Assembly: GCA_965237525.1 (NCBI GenBank) | Contig: CBDEFO010000008.1 | Coordinates: 384,001-448,000 of the forward strand | Reading direction: 5' to 3' | DNA from: Candidatus Latescibacterota bacterium | GTDB lineage: Bacteria > Latescibacterota > CBDEFO01 | DNA: 64,000 bases | In this document: piece by piece, positions 42,222 through 52,732 of the stretch | Numbering within the stretch: the stretch's first letter is position 1 | Layout: each line of letters begins with the position of its first letter | The notes under the pieces: generated by a model | Databases searched by the model: none | What the model saw: the letters and a program-made list of their open reading frames with translations, nothing else | Told to the model about the DNA's origin: nothing | Made by a program: the position numbers and the translations under genes

Positions 42222-42614
42222 ATGACAAAACTGCTGATTGTAGATGATGATAAAAGCTTGCTAAGGTCGCTATCTATAGGACTTAAAAGACGCGGCTATG
42301 AAGTGAACACAGCCTCCTGCGCTGAGGAGGCTCTTTCCAAGATCAAAGAATATGAATATCGCGCCGTTTTGACGGACATAAGAATGCCGGAGATGGACGG
42401 CATAGAACTTACTATCAGGATAAATCGGTCGAAGCCCAATACGGTTGTCATATTAATGTCAGCTTATGGAGATGAGTACGTGAACCCTGACATCCAGAAG
42501 ACCAAGGTTCTAAACTATTTAACCAAACCTTTTTCTCTTCCCGAACTGATCGAGATATTGGAAAAAATAGACGACAATTGTCATAAGGACAAATTCAGCA
42601 CTGAGGCGAACTGA
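42222..42614 (+). CDS. Single-domain response regulator
   Basis: LLIVDDD, TDIRMPEMDG, MSAY, KPF. Confidence 0.92.
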   Translation: MTKLLIVDDDKSLLRSLSIGLKRRGYEVNTASCAEEALSKIKEYEYRAVLTDIRMPEMDGIELTIRINRSKPNTVVILMSAYGDEYVNPDIQKTKVLNYLTKPFSLPELIEILEKIDDNCHKDKFSTEAN

Positions 42615-42625
42615 GCCCCTCCAAG

Positions 42626-43585
42626 ATGAAAATGTTTTCAAGATATCTAAAGATAACGATAGTGACAACCTTTTTACTCGCTTTTGCCTTACCCAGGGAA
42701 GCTATAGCCGGAGCGTGGACGCTCCCCAAGGGCAGGCTCTGGGGCAAGGCTACAACTTTTATTCAAACTACTGATGAAGAATTTCTGGCTCCAGGCAGAT
42801 TAAGATCCCTGCCGATAGATGGGAAAATAGTGAACTTCTCCCCCGGAGATAAAACTCCGTTCGCCTTCAACGGAGAAAGCCAACTTAGGGCTGTCTTCTT
42901 TGAGGTCTTCTACGGCGTCACAGACGCTTTCGATGTGGGGGCACAACTTCCCTTTTTTGATCAGAGTTTTACAGATGACGCCTTCGCAGAGGAAAGATCC
43001 GAATCGGGTTTCAGCGATCTACGGTTTATAGGGAAATATCGCTATCTATCTAAACCCGTCGTAGCCTCACTACAATTGGGCATTAAAGCTCCTACAGCAG
43101 AATTCAAGATAGACCAGACAAAAGAAGGCATAATCTCTGTGGGAGAGGGACAGTGGGATTTTGACATAACAGCCAGCTTTGGGAGATCGTTCTGGCCCTT
43201 TCCAGCCTACGTCAACGCAGAGATAGGATATAAATTGCGCACCGAAAACTCTAAGGAGGTGGAGATACTTGGCGGGAGAACAACTAGCGCCGACAGAGAC
43301 CCAGGAGATGAGCTCTTCTTTTCAGGGGAATTCGGCTACAGTCGTCTTAATAAAATCACAGTAGGCGCAAAATTGGAAGGCATACACGGCGATCCCGCAA
43401 CAATCATCGGCCAAGTAATAGAAAGCGATGTAAAACGGATAACCTATCTGTCTCCTACTCTCACACTTGGACCCTTTATGGGAGTGACTCTCGAAAGTGC
43501 AGTGCGATTCGGTCTAAAAGGCAAAAACTACCCCGCAGGGGAGCAGTTTGTCACAGGATTGTCTTATTCGTACGATCTTTTCTAA
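42626..43585 (+). CDS. Putative outer-membrane beta-barrel transporter
   Basis: Signal peptide then AWTLPKG, GFSDL, GIKAPT, amphipathic strands, terminal Phe. Confidence 0.7.
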   Translation: MKMFSRYLKITIVTTFLLAFALPREAIAGAWTLPKGRLWGKATTFIQTTDEEFLAPGRLRSLPIDGKIVNFSPGDKTPFAFNGESQLRAVFFEVFYGVTDAFDVGAQLPFFDQSFTDDAFAEERSESGFSDLRFIGKYRYLSKPVVASLQLGIKAPTAEFKIDQTKEGIISVGEGQWDFDITASFGRSFWPFPAYVNAEIGYKLRTENSKEVEILGGRTTSADRDPGDELFFSGEFGYSRLNKITVGAKLEGIHGDPATIIGQVIESDVKRITYLSPTLTLGPFMGVTLESAVRFGLKGKNYPAGEQFVTGLSYSYDLF

Positions 43586-43644
43586 AATAAAGATGAAACA
43601 AAATTCCAACTTCATTGTCATCTAAGCATAAGGAGGTTACAACC

Positions 43645-44973
43645 ATGACTAAAATAAAATTTGTTTTTCCGATTCTTCTGGTCGCATTTCTTTTAGCCTC
43701 GTGCGGCGGAAGTGACACACCTACAACCTTTTCAGGAGGTCCCAATCAACCTAGCGATGACCAGACTGGTGATACAGGCGGCGGAGGTGATGATCCGCCT
43801 GGTGATGTAGGCGGTGAAGTCCCCGGCGATGACCAGACTGGTGATACAGGTGGAGGAGATGTCCCTGATATTCCCGATGAACCCATACCAGTAGATCCTA
43901 ACTTAGGTCCCCTTCCCGGCATTTCCGACTTTCTGGACGGCGGCAGCACAGGAGGAGACTTCCTCGATGTAGAGGACTTCCCGAGAAGTCAGATATTCTC
44001 AGGGGGTCCCCCCAAAGACGGAATACCTGCGCTGAACAATCCGGATTTCGTCTCCGCAACCGATGCGTTCTTCCTATCTGATTTTGATTTCGTCTTCGGC
44101 GTCTTTATTAACGGAGAAGCCAAGGCTTATCCTCACGCCGCCGGCTGGTGGCACGAGATTGTCAACGATGTGGTCGGAGGTGTACCTATATCTCAGACGC
44201 TCTGTCCCCTTACCGGCACAGGTCTCGTCTTTAGGACGGCAGATGACGACGGGAGCCAGTTCGAACTTGGCGTATCTGGCCTCCTGTTCAACAGCAACCT
44301 GATTATGTACGACCGCAGAGACAATACAACCCTCTACCCCCAGATGAGCTTTACAGGCATAGACGGAAATTTCTTCGGAGAGAGCCTGGAGTTGATGCCC
44401 GTAGTCGAGACGACCTGGGGAATGTGGAAAAAGCTCTATCCATCCACGAGCGTCTTAGACCTGAGCAGCACAGGCGTCTACGGCCTGAGCAGGTACGGCT
44501 CGTATCCCTACGGCTCCTATAGAGAGGCTGGATGGTTCCTCTTCGAACCGCGCACCTTAAGTAGCAACCCTCTAAGAAATCTCTTCTCTGTCAAGGACAG
44601 AGTTCTGGGAATCAGGAGCGGAGGCGTACCCAAAGCGTATCCCTTCGCCAGCTTAGGAGATAAAAACGTCATAAACGACACGGTCGAAGGGAAAGATCTT
44701 GTCGTGGTGTGGGATAACGATGCCAGATTAGCTATCCCCTACGAAAGGGACGTCGAGGGTCGGACATTGACTTTCCAGATCGATCTTGAAAGCAACAGTG
44801 GAAAGCTTCCCTTCAATATGACAGATCAAGAGACCGGAACTATATGGAACATAAAAGGCGTGGCTATAGACGGCGAACTTTCCGGATCCAGACTCAAACA
44901 GATTCCCGCTTACAACTCCATGTGGTTCGCCTGGATAACCTTCTGGCAGAACACGGAAATCTGGGAGAATTAA
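43645..44973 (+). CDS. DUF3179-family lipoprotein
   Basis: Lipobox LASC, Gly/Asp/Pro linker, GGPPKDGIPAL, HEIVND, CPLTG, GVSGLLFNSNLIMYDR, WFAW. Confidence 0.88.
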   Translation: MTKIKFVFPILLVAFLLASCGGSDTPTTFSGGPNQPSDDQTGDTGGGGDDPPGDVGGEVPGDDQTGDTGGGDVPDIPDEPIPVDPNLGPLPGISDFLDGGSTGGDFLDVEDFPRSQIFSGGPPKDGIPALNNPDFVSATDAFFLSDFDFVFGVFINGEAKAYPHAAGWWHEIVNDVVGGVPISQTLCPLTGTGLVFRTADDDGSQFELGVSGLLFNSNLIMYDRRDNTTLYPQMSFTGIDGNFFGESLELMPVVETTWGMWKKLYPSTSVLDLSSTGVYGLSRYGSYPYGSYREAGWFLFEPRTLSSNPLRNLFSVKDRVLGIRSGGVPKAYPFASLGDKNVINDTVEGKDLVVVWDNDARLAIPYERDVEGRTLTFQIDLESNSGKLPFNMTDQETGTIWNIKGVAIDGELSGSRLKQIPAYNSMWFAWITFWQNTEIWEN

Positions 44974-45009
44974 CCTCACCCACGCTTTAAGTCACAAATC
45001 CAATAACAA

Positions 45010-45053
45010 AAAATAAGGGGGCCTTGCAGCATCTTCGAGGCCCCTTATTTTTA
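45010..45053 (+). terminator. Intrinsic terminator (possibly bidirectional)
   Basis: AAAATAAGGGG(G)CC...GGCCCCTTATTTTT hairpin after the DUF3179 gene. Confidence 0.7.
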
Positions 45054-45119
45054 ATTAAAACACAGCTTGATTTGCGACTCGTATTTACTTATTATTAGAC
45101 AGATAAATGATCCCAAGAG

Positions 45120-45854
45120 GTGATAGACGTGCTTACCCTGAGAAAAGCGATCTTGTCAAGGGCGTTTGGGATACTCCTTGTGTTCTTCCTCACAGCTTGT
45201 ATGAATACTATTTCGAGAGCCAGTGACCCAGGAGAAATCCCAAAGACTGTCCAAACGGATAGTCTCGTCGGCTTAAATCTGCCGATTGCGGATACAGATA
45301 AGGAGAAAGGCGTTCAACTGTATAAGTCCGTAGAAAAGCTCAAATTAAGCAAAATCAGGTTTCATCCTAACACCTGCTATCTATGCCTTATAGAAAATCA
45401 TCTGCTCCATTCTGAGAGCTTGATTATAAGCCCCAAAAGCTATAAGGAGACATCCAAGAAGTATAGTTCTGCCTCAAAGGATTACAAGATATTTAGAATT
45501 GCATCTTCCACCTCTGGGGATGGCAGAGAAGAGTCTCTCCTTTTGCCCAATTTAGATGTGGAACTTTTCAGAATCTCAACAAAAGGGAAGAGAACGAATT
45601 ACAGCATTCCGGCCTTGGGATTAGGGTTTACTGAGACTCGATACGAATTTGGGAAAATATACGATATGGGCGGACTTAACATCCGTAAAACCAATTACGG
45701 ATATTCTCTCTTGCACTCGCTCCACCACTCTGACAAAGCCTTCTATCAATATTCGTTCAACGTGAACGATCATGGAGATGTTATTGTATCTCTGGACTAC
45801 GAGTTTAACTCCTTAAGGGAAATGTTGCCGTTTCGCTTCTTGAAAGGATTTTGA
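45120..45854 (+). CDS. Hypothetical exported protein or lipoprotein
   Basis: Hydrophobic N-terminus ending LTAC. Confidence 0.6.
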   Translation: MIDVLTLRKAILSRAFGILLVFFLTACMNTISRASDPGEIPKTVQTDSLVGLNLPIADTDKEKGVQLYKSVEKLKLSKIRFHPNTCYLCLIENHLLHSESLIISPKSYKETSKKYSSASKDYKIFRIASSTSGDGREESLLLPNLDVELFRISTKGKRTNYSIPALGLGFTETRYEFGKIYDMGGLNIRKTNYGYSLLHSLHHSDKAFYQYSFNVNDHGDVIVSLDYEFNSLREMLPFRFLKGF

Positions 45855-45951
45855 CAGTAGGCTCAATTGAAAGTCACCTTCATCATAAATCCAACAGCCG
45901 GAAGTCGAAAACGGCGCAATCGCGGGCTATCCTCAATAAAACAATTCCTCA
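45827..45951 (+). repeat. Direct repeat (about 125 bp) of 49571-49696, including the lipid kinase 5' end
   Basis: TTGAAAGGATTTTGA...TTGAAAGTCAC.TTCATCATAAATCCAACAGCCGG...CGCAATCGCGGGCT present at both sites. Confidence 0.9.
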
Positions 45952-46096
45952 CTGTGTGCTCAAGTTAGATAAGAAGAAGACAGCGGGGTGTTGGTGTTGA
46001 CTCCAATCGTGCTCGTCTACTTGATTCTGAGTTTTTTAAACTCGCTTTCTAAGCTGAAATGAGCTGGGACATAGCAGGAGACCGATTTACCTGTCT

Positions 46097-47045
46097 TTGC
46101 CCAACCAAAGGCGATCCGAGTCACCATACCGGAAGGGGCACAGATTGTCTAAGCACAGGGTAGATGGTCACTGGGACGTGATCTTTCTGATCGCCTGCGG
46201 TTTTGTTGCCGCATGTCTCCTGTCCGCGCAGGTCCGTACTGCACAAGCGGCGTCCTCCTGGGAAAATCGGCAGGTGAGCCAGCAGGACCTCCTGGAGGCG
46301 ATGAGGCAACACAAATGCTACGATCCGACCGCGACGACGAATGGGGCGCGGTTTCAGGCGGAGGCTCTGTTAAGCCTGGCCCGGAAGGCAAGGGCACATG
46401 ACCCGGAAGGTCTTCCCCTCTTTGTAGAGCCTGAGGACTGGTTCCAGGCATTCTTGAAGGTGACCGGTCTGACCGACCAAGAGGCACCCATATACGCCCT
46501 CCTTGCGTATCAGCACGGGCAGCGAATGGAGATCGACTACCGGACCGACCGCGTCCATCCGGAAGGTGAAAAAGGGGCCCTGGCCCGAGCTGGCCGTGAA
46601 CGTAATGATCTGGTGGCCGAAGACGAAGGGTGGTCCGACCAAATATTCCTATCAAGACACGCTGTCAACACCGCACCTGAAGGTGACGAACAAGCGGATG
46701 ATCACGTACCGGCTGCTTGATTTCGGGGATATGGTTGTCTACGATAAGATCAAAGGCCTTACAGGGAGACCCACGTCCGGTGTCCTGGGGTTCCTGTTTC
46801 GGATCATCGGGGAGGGCCGTGTAGTAGAGTCCCGGATGGCAATCTCCCAGGACGGGCTGCAGGTGACACGAGCCAAGGCGAAGAAGATGTTTATGAGGGT
46901 CACGACAATCGTGACAGTTTGCCCTGACGGACACACCGAGAAGGATGTGCCGACTAACCGACCAGATCTGATGGCACTGGAAGCACGGCTCAAGCAGCCG
47001 TTGAAGATAGACTACGCGCCGTTCAAATGGTCACGGGACAGGTAA
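46097..47045 (+). pseudogene. Hypothetical exported protein, frameshifted near 46555
   Basis: Two overlapping ORFs (46097-46720 and 46503-47045) that appear to join at YRTDRV/IRKVKKGP. Confidence 0.55.
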
Positions 47046-47215
47046 TACGCATCACAGAGAAGTTGATGGAAGCTTGGAGAAAGATCGATGAGATCCAACA
47101 GTGCGAGTGATCGTCTCGGCTCGTTTTCCCCATGGGATCCTTTTTCTACACAGAATACCTCGGACTTTGACGATCTCCTTTGATGCCGACGTAAACCACA
47201 GATGAGACGCATATC

Positions 47216-48235
47216 ATGCTGAAACCTCCGTTTCTGATCCAACTTTTATCTGTCATCATCCTCGTGTACCTGAGCGCGCGGATGGCCCTGCATCGGTTCC
47301 AGTGGACAATGGCTATTGCATGGATCTATGGTGCAGCAGTTCTGGGGGTCTACTTGTCCCTGAGCTATCTGCTTCAGGAAGGAACGTGGGTTCGCGCCTA
47401 CTTGATCCCGGCAGCGGTGGTTCTGGTGGGCGTGGGCTTCACGATGGCACTCGCCGAGAAGTTCTGGCGGCAGTATAGAGCGGTGCAAACACAACTGATC
47501 CAGGCAGAAAAGATGGCCTCTTTGGGACAACTGGTGGCTGGTGTCGCACACGAGTTGAACACGCCTCTGGGTGCCGTAAAGAGCAATCAGGATCTGCTCG
47601 TTCGTGTCATCGAGAAACTCAGAAAGCAGACCGATGAGCAAACGGTGAATCAGGAGACGGAGAAACTCTTTCACAGACTGGAAGAGTTGAACTGGGTGAA
47701 CCAGATGGCCTGCGATCGGATGAGTACAATCGTCAGTAGCCTGCGTAGCTTCGCCAGACTCGACCAAGCAGAACGTCAGGAGGTAGATCTCCACGAGTGC
47801 ATCGAGACGACTCTGACCTTGATCAACCATCGGCTCAAAGATCGTATCCAGGTGGTGCAGGATTTCGGAGAGATTCCGGCGATTGTTTGTTATCCCAGCC
47901 GGTTGAACCAGGTGTTTATGAACGTGCTGGTGAACGCCGCTCAGGCTATCGAGGAAAGAGGGGAGATCCGGATTCGAACGTACCTGGCGCAGGAATGGGT
48001 GGTAGTTCAGATCGCTGACACTGGGGTCGGCATCCCATCGAAGGATCTGAGACGGATCTTCGATCCGGGGTTCACGACGAAGAGGGTAAAGGTGGGTACC
48101 GGGCTTGGGCTATCAATTTGCTATCAGATCGTCCAGGAACACGGGGGGAAGATGGAAGTGGAGAGCCAAGTAGGGGCAGGAACAACAGTTACGATCTCGC
48201 TTCCGATTAAGGGGGAACAGGGTGAAGAGTCGTAA
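47216..48235 (+). CDS. Membrane histidine kinase (NtrB-like)
   Basis: TM helices, EKMASLGQLVAGVAHELNTP, NAAQAI, DTGVG, FDPGFTTK, GTGLGL. Confidence 0.9.
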   Translation: MLKPPFLIQLLSVIILVYLSARMALHRFQWTMAIAWIYGAAVLGVYLSLSYLLQEGTWVRAYLIPAAVVLVGVGFTMALAEKFWRQYRAVQTQLIQAEKMASLGQLVAGVAHELNTPLGAVKSNQDLLVRVIEKLRKQTDEQTVNQETEKLFHRLEELNWVNQMACDRMSTIVSSLRSFARLDQAERQEVDLHECIETTLTLINHRLKDRIQVVQDFGEIPAIVCYPSRLNQVFMNVLVNAAQAIEERGEIRIRTYLAQEWVVVQIADTGVGIPSKDLRRIFDPGFTTKRVKVGTGLGLSICYQIVQEHGGKMEVESQVGAGTTVTISLPIKGEQGEES

Positions 48236-48274
48236 TGGGCTCCAGGAACTCTTGTGATTCATGGGAGGAAATTA

Positions 48275-48912
48275 ATGGAAGCCAATATTATTACGTTGTT
48301 TCGGATATGCCTTGTTTTGGTGGCTGTCGGTCTGTTTGAAGTCGGATCGGTCTATGGGAATGCAATAGCAACCCATCCTTGTGGTTCTTGTCCTCTATCT
48401 GGATGCCTTTGATGGCTACGTGGCACGAAAACTCAAGGTAGCGTCTGATTTCGGCGCACTCTTTGATATTGTTGGAGCGGTTCTGTGGATCTACTTTGCA
48501 GTTGTCGGACTTATCTCCTTTTGGATACCGATGGTTATTGTGACGCGGGGGATTACTCTCCGACAACGCCAGAACAGCGGCATTCAAAGAGGGCAAAACA
48601 CCCTTCGGTGAAAAGACCATGATGAAAACATCGATAACACGTTTTCTTGTCGCATCACGATTCAGCAGGGGACTTTACGGCGTAATGAAGGCGGCTCTGT
48701 TTGTCTATCTCGGTTTTCTGATATTTTTTGCTAAAGCCATATCCACGTACAGCTGGCCGATTAGTGACAACACGACCACTATTTTAGGGCTGATAAGTCA
48801 GATTATCGCCTACCTGACTCTGCTCATGTGTATTTTGAGGGGACTCCCGGTTTTATGGGATGGGAAAGAAATTCTCTTTTCAAAAATGTATCCAAAGGAT
48901 ATAACCGACTAG
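48275..48912 (+). pseudogene. CDP-alcohol phosphatidyltransferase, frameshifted
   Basis: ANIITLFR and LDAFDGYVARK...SDFGALFDI motifs in separate frames; end of the motif deleted. Confidence 0.8.
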
Positions 48913-48921
48913 TCGGCACCG

Positions 48922-49569
48922 ATGATACAAGCCGCGCTGTTTGATCTGGACGGTACACTCATACCGAACACAAGTGCCGAACGACTTTTACTGCGCTATC
49001 TTCTTAAAAGGAAAGAGATAGGGTTTGTCAATTTGGGAAGGGCATTGCGATCTCTTCTATTTCATATCGGCTCGTGGGAACGAATGGTATATATGAATAA
49101 ATATTATCTCGCTGGTTTAACCGATGCACACCTGAAGAAGATTATCCAACACTATTTTTCTGGAAGAATAAATATACTCATACCACAAGCCATGCGTGAT
49201 ATTATCACATCTCATCGACAAAATGATACTACGATGATTCTTCTTTCGGGAACTCTTTCCTGCATTCTGGAGGTTTTTGCAGAGACACTCTTATTTGATG
49301 ATTACCGGGGAACTGATCTGAAGGTGGAAGGCGGAATACTCACCGGGAACATCAGCGGTCTGCATCCTTATGGTCTGCAAAAAGTGACAATTCTTGACCA
49401 ATTGCAGAAAAAACACAATTTTGACCTTAAGCATTCATTCTTTTATGCCAATCACTTCTCCGACCGATTTGCCATGGAAAAGGTGGGACACCCTGTAGCG
49501 TTAAATCCCGATAAGAGGCTAAGACGATATGCAGAAGCCAAAGGGTGGGATATTTTGGACATAGGATGA
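48922..49569 (+). CDS. HAD-IB family hydrolase
   Basis: FDLDGTL, LLSG, K, SD..AMEKVGHPVALNPD. Confidence 0.9.
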   Translation: MIQAALFDLDGTLIPNTSAERLLLRYLLKRKEIGFVNLGRALRSLLFHIGSWERMVYMNKYYLAGLTDAHLKKIIQHYFSGRINILIPQAMRDIITSHRQNDTTMILLSGTLSCILEVFAETLLFDDYRGTDLKVEGGILTGNISGLHPYGLQKVTILDQLQKKHNFDLKHSFFYANHFSDRFAMEKVGHPVALNPDKRLRRYAEAKGWDILDIG

Positions 49570-49610
49570 TGCCGCTTCATCTCTTGAAAGGATTTTGAAA
49601 GCAGACTCGA

Positions 49611-50534
49611 TTGAAAGTCACATTCATCATAAATCCAACAGCCGGGAGCCGAAAACGGCGCAATCGCGGGCTGTCCTCGATAGAACGATTCCTCTCAAAG
49701 TCCTTACAGCCCCACTCGGGGATCGACTGCGATTTAAAAACGATAAAGACGAAGGGAGGAGGAACCCAGTTATCCGCCGAGGCTCTATCTGACGGAAGCA
49801 ACGTCGTCGTGGCAGTCGGAGGCGACGGCACAGTCAACGAAGTCGCATCGGCACTTGTAAATACCGATATACCTTTGGGTGTGATACCCCTGGGATCTGG
49901 CAACGGCTTTTCCCGGAGCTTGAGGATTCCTCTAAATCCGAAGATTGCCTGTCAAACAATTATAGAAGGCCGAGATGAAAAAATAGACGTAGGACAGGTG
50001 GAAGGTGGAACGTCCACTCCGTGTGCAACGTGCAGATATTTCTTTGCCACAGCCGGAGTCGGACTCGACGCCCTTATCAGCTGGGAGTACAATCGTGAGT
50101 TCAACAAATGGCGCGGTATGCTCCCTTATATCTATCTGACCGTAAAAAATACCTTCTCTTTCGAACCTGAAGAGATAACGCTGAAGATGGGCAAAAAGAG
50201 TGTGTCCACCAGCCCCCTCATTGTGACTGTAGCCAATACCTGCCAATATGGCGGCGGTGCGATAATTGCTCCCGATGCCTCCCCTTTTGACGGACTCTTC
50301 GATATATGCATCCTCGGTAAGATCAGCCCCGCCGCCGCACTTCTCCACTGGCACAAACTCTTTTCAGGAGAAATAAAAAAGATGCCCCATTATCATACAC
50401 ACCAATCAGAGAAACTTACGATCATACGCAAAAAGCCGGGGCCCTTCCATATCGATGGAGAGCCCCAAGACGGCCCTGAGGAACTGAGCTTAAGGATAAT
50501 CCCTAAAGCGCTTAAAGTTAGAATTCCAGCATAG
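49611..50534 (+). CDS. Diacylglycerol/lipid kinase family protein
   Basis: IINPTAG, VGGDGTVNEV, IPLGSGNGF, YGGG, HIDGE. Confidence 0.93.
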   Translation: MKVTFIINPTAGSRKRRNRGLSSIERFLSKSLQPHSGIDCDLKTIKTKGGGTQLSAEALSDGSNVVVAVGGDGTVNEVASALVNTDIPLGVIPLGSGNGFSRSLRIPLNPKIACQTIIEGRDEKIDVGQVEGGTSTPCATCRYFFATAGVGLDALISWEYNREFNKWRGMLPYIYLTVKNTFSFEPEEITLKMGKKSVSTSPLIVTVANTCQYGGGAIIAPDASPFDGLFDICILGKISPAAALLHWHKLFSGEIKKMPHYHTHQSEKLTIIRKKPGPFHIDGEPQDGPEELSLRIIPKALKVRIPA

Positions 50535-50563
50535 CAACAGGATCTTCCAAAGGGTACTTTAGT

Positions 50564-52681
50564 ATGTTTAATATCTCATTTCTCAATAGTACATTCCTTG
50601 CAGGTCTTCTTGCCGCTTCGATCCCTATCCTCATTCACCTTTTCAACCGCCGAAGGCCCCAGACAGTCAGATTCAGCAACGTAGAATTCTTGAGGAAACT
50701 CCAAAAGGACACGTTACGAAAGTTTAAGATAAGACGCATCCTTCTACTTATCCTCCGGACCCTCATAATAGCCCTGCTTGTCTTGGCTTTCTCCCGTCCC
50801 ACGCTCAAAGAGGCAAATCCCACCTCAGCATCTTCTGTCGCTGCTGTCATTTTCCTCGATAACTCCTACAGTATGGGAAAAAGGACAGCAGGAGAGCGCG
50901 CATTGGATTTTTCAAAGACGAAAGCCCTCGAACTTGTGAATATGCTTGATAAAGAAAGCCGCATCGCCTTTTTGACGTTCTCCGACCGAATAGGCCCCAA
51001 TCACTTGGACCTTACGCAAGATATAGCCGCCCTTAAGGACGCCCTTACTGAATCACAGATAACCTACCGTTCCACAGACATAACTGCTGCTTTGAAGGAA
51101 GCCAAAAAGATCCTTAAACAATCCACTGATGTCAACAAAGAAGTCTACATCTTCACCGATCTGGCACGAAACGCATGGTCGGAGATACTATCGGGAACGG
51201 AGGCACTTTCAACAGAGTCCTTACACACTGACTTTGCAGGCATCTCCTTTTACATCGTTCCAACACCTGATCTGCACTGCGATAACGTAAGTATAGATAG
51301 AATTGAACCGGAGCAGGAGCTCCTATCCGTCGGAAAACCTATTACTATTAAGGCCCAGATTACTAACTACGGGGAAAAGCCTATCTCTGCTTTTCCGGTT
51401 CACCTCTATATAGACGGAAAACGCAGGGACCAGGCCTTGATAGACCTTGAGAGTGGAAAGTCAGGGGCTGTCTTTCTCAGATTTGTGCCTCAAAAGGGCG
51501 GCCAGATAGAGGGATATGTGCAGATAGGAGACGACGCTCTATCCAGCGACAACAGACGCTTTTTCGTTATCGCCGTTCCCCAGAAAATAGATGTCCTCCT
51601 GGTAGGAGGAGATCAGCAGGATACCTATTTTATCGGCAAAGCGTTCTCTTCCATTCAGAAGAACGGCTCGATAAGGATGTCCCAGATCACTTATGATCGC
51701 CTGTCCGATAAAACTGTACAGGAAAACGACGTAATAGTCCTCTCCAACGTCCCTCAGTTGCCCTCTTATCAACTTGGCCTTCTGCGTTCACACCTCAAAA
51801 GCGGAAAGGGGCTTTTGATCTCACTTGGTGACAAGGTAAACCCCAGATTCTACAACCAGAAACTCCTTACAGACTTATCAGACATAAGGCTCAAATCCCC
51901 CATCGGAATCGCCGGAGTTGGGGCATCCTACTACTCCCTGGGGAAAATAGACCTGGATCACCCGCTCTTTAGAAATATTACAGAAGAAAACTCCATTATT
52001 TCTCCTAAATTCTATGTACTGTACAGCACCCTTGCATCGCCCGAAGTCCGAACCGTCGCCCGCTACAAAAACGGCCTTCCGGCTATCTGCGACATAGGAG
52101 ATAAAAGAGCCAAAGTTATCCTCTACACCAGTTCGCTGGACTTAAAGTGGGCGGACTTGCCCCTGAGAGGTATATTCCTCCCTCTCTTCAGCAGAATTGT
52201 CCAGTACCTTTCGGCTCCATCGGTCGAAAAGAGCCACCATCTGGTCGGAGAAGATGTAAAAAGACAGATCCCCCACATAGATAGCCAAGCTCAGGTCATT
52301 GCCGAAAACCCTGTCGGTGAAAGATCAATAATTTGGCCTCAAAAAAAAGACGGAGTCCGCGAGCGACTCGGAAGTATATGGAAGGTCGGAAACGTGGAAT
52401 ATCCCGGGATATGGCGCATTCGCTCAGAAGGCAAAGAGCTCGAAAGATTTTCTGTAAACGTCGTCGCATCTGAATCGAACCCCAGAAGGATAGACGACGC
52501 AAAGTTGAACCGCATCTTCGAAGGACTACAGTTTAGGATCATACGTCCTGACGAGTCCATAGTGGACGCTGTTGTGCAATTTAGATACGGTAGGGAACTT
52601 TGGAGAAAGTTTCTTATCGCCGCCCTGCTCTTTATGGTCATGGAAATTGCACTGTCAAGAGTCACGAGCAGGGATCTATAG
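50564..52681 (+). CDS. BatA N-terminal double-TM plus VWA domain protein
   Basis: IPILIHLFNRRRP..VRFS...FL, MIDAS DNSYSM, C-terminal TM. Confidence 0.88.
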   Translation: MFNISFLNSTFLAGLLAASIPILIHLFNRRRPQTVRFSNVEFLRKLQKDTLRKFKIRRILLLILRTLIIALLVLAFSRPTLKEANPTSASSVAAVIFLDNSYSMGKRTAGERALDFSKTKALELVNMLDKESRIAFLTFSDRIGPNHLDLTQDIAALKDALTESQITYRSTDITAALKEAKKILKQSTDVNKEVYIFTDLARNAWSEILSGTEALSTESLHTDFAGISFYIVPTPDLHCDNVSIDRIEPEQELLSVGKPITIKAQITNYGEKPISAFPVHLYIDGKRRDQALIDLESGKSGAVFLRFVPQKGGQIEGYVQIGDDALSSDNRRFFVIAVPQKIDVLLVGGDQQDTYFIGKAFSSIQKNGSIRMSQITYDRLSDKTVQENDVIVLSNVPQLPSYQLGLLRSHLKSGKGLLISLGDKVNPRFYNQKLLTDLSDIRLKSPIGIAGVGASYYSLGKIDLDHPLFRNITEENSIISPKFYVLYSTLASPEVRTVARYKNGLPAICDIGDKRAKVILYTSSLDLKWADLPLRGIFLPLFSRIVQYLSAPSVEKSHHLVGEDVKRQIPHIDSQAQVIAENPVGERSIIWPQKKDGVRERLGSIWKVGNVEYPGIWRIRSEGKELERFSVNVVASESNPRRIDDAKLNRIFEGLQFRIIRPDESIVDAVVQFRYGRELWRKFLIAALLFMVMEIALSRVTSRDL

Positions 52682-52732
52682 ACAAGTAGGCAGGGCGGCG
52701 GTGGCGATGTCTGCTGTTATATGACTTTACGT

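Noticed and set aside
43645..44973. Selenoprotein recoding in the DUF3179 gene
   Set aside because: No in-frame TGA; the conserved position is Cys (LCPLTG)
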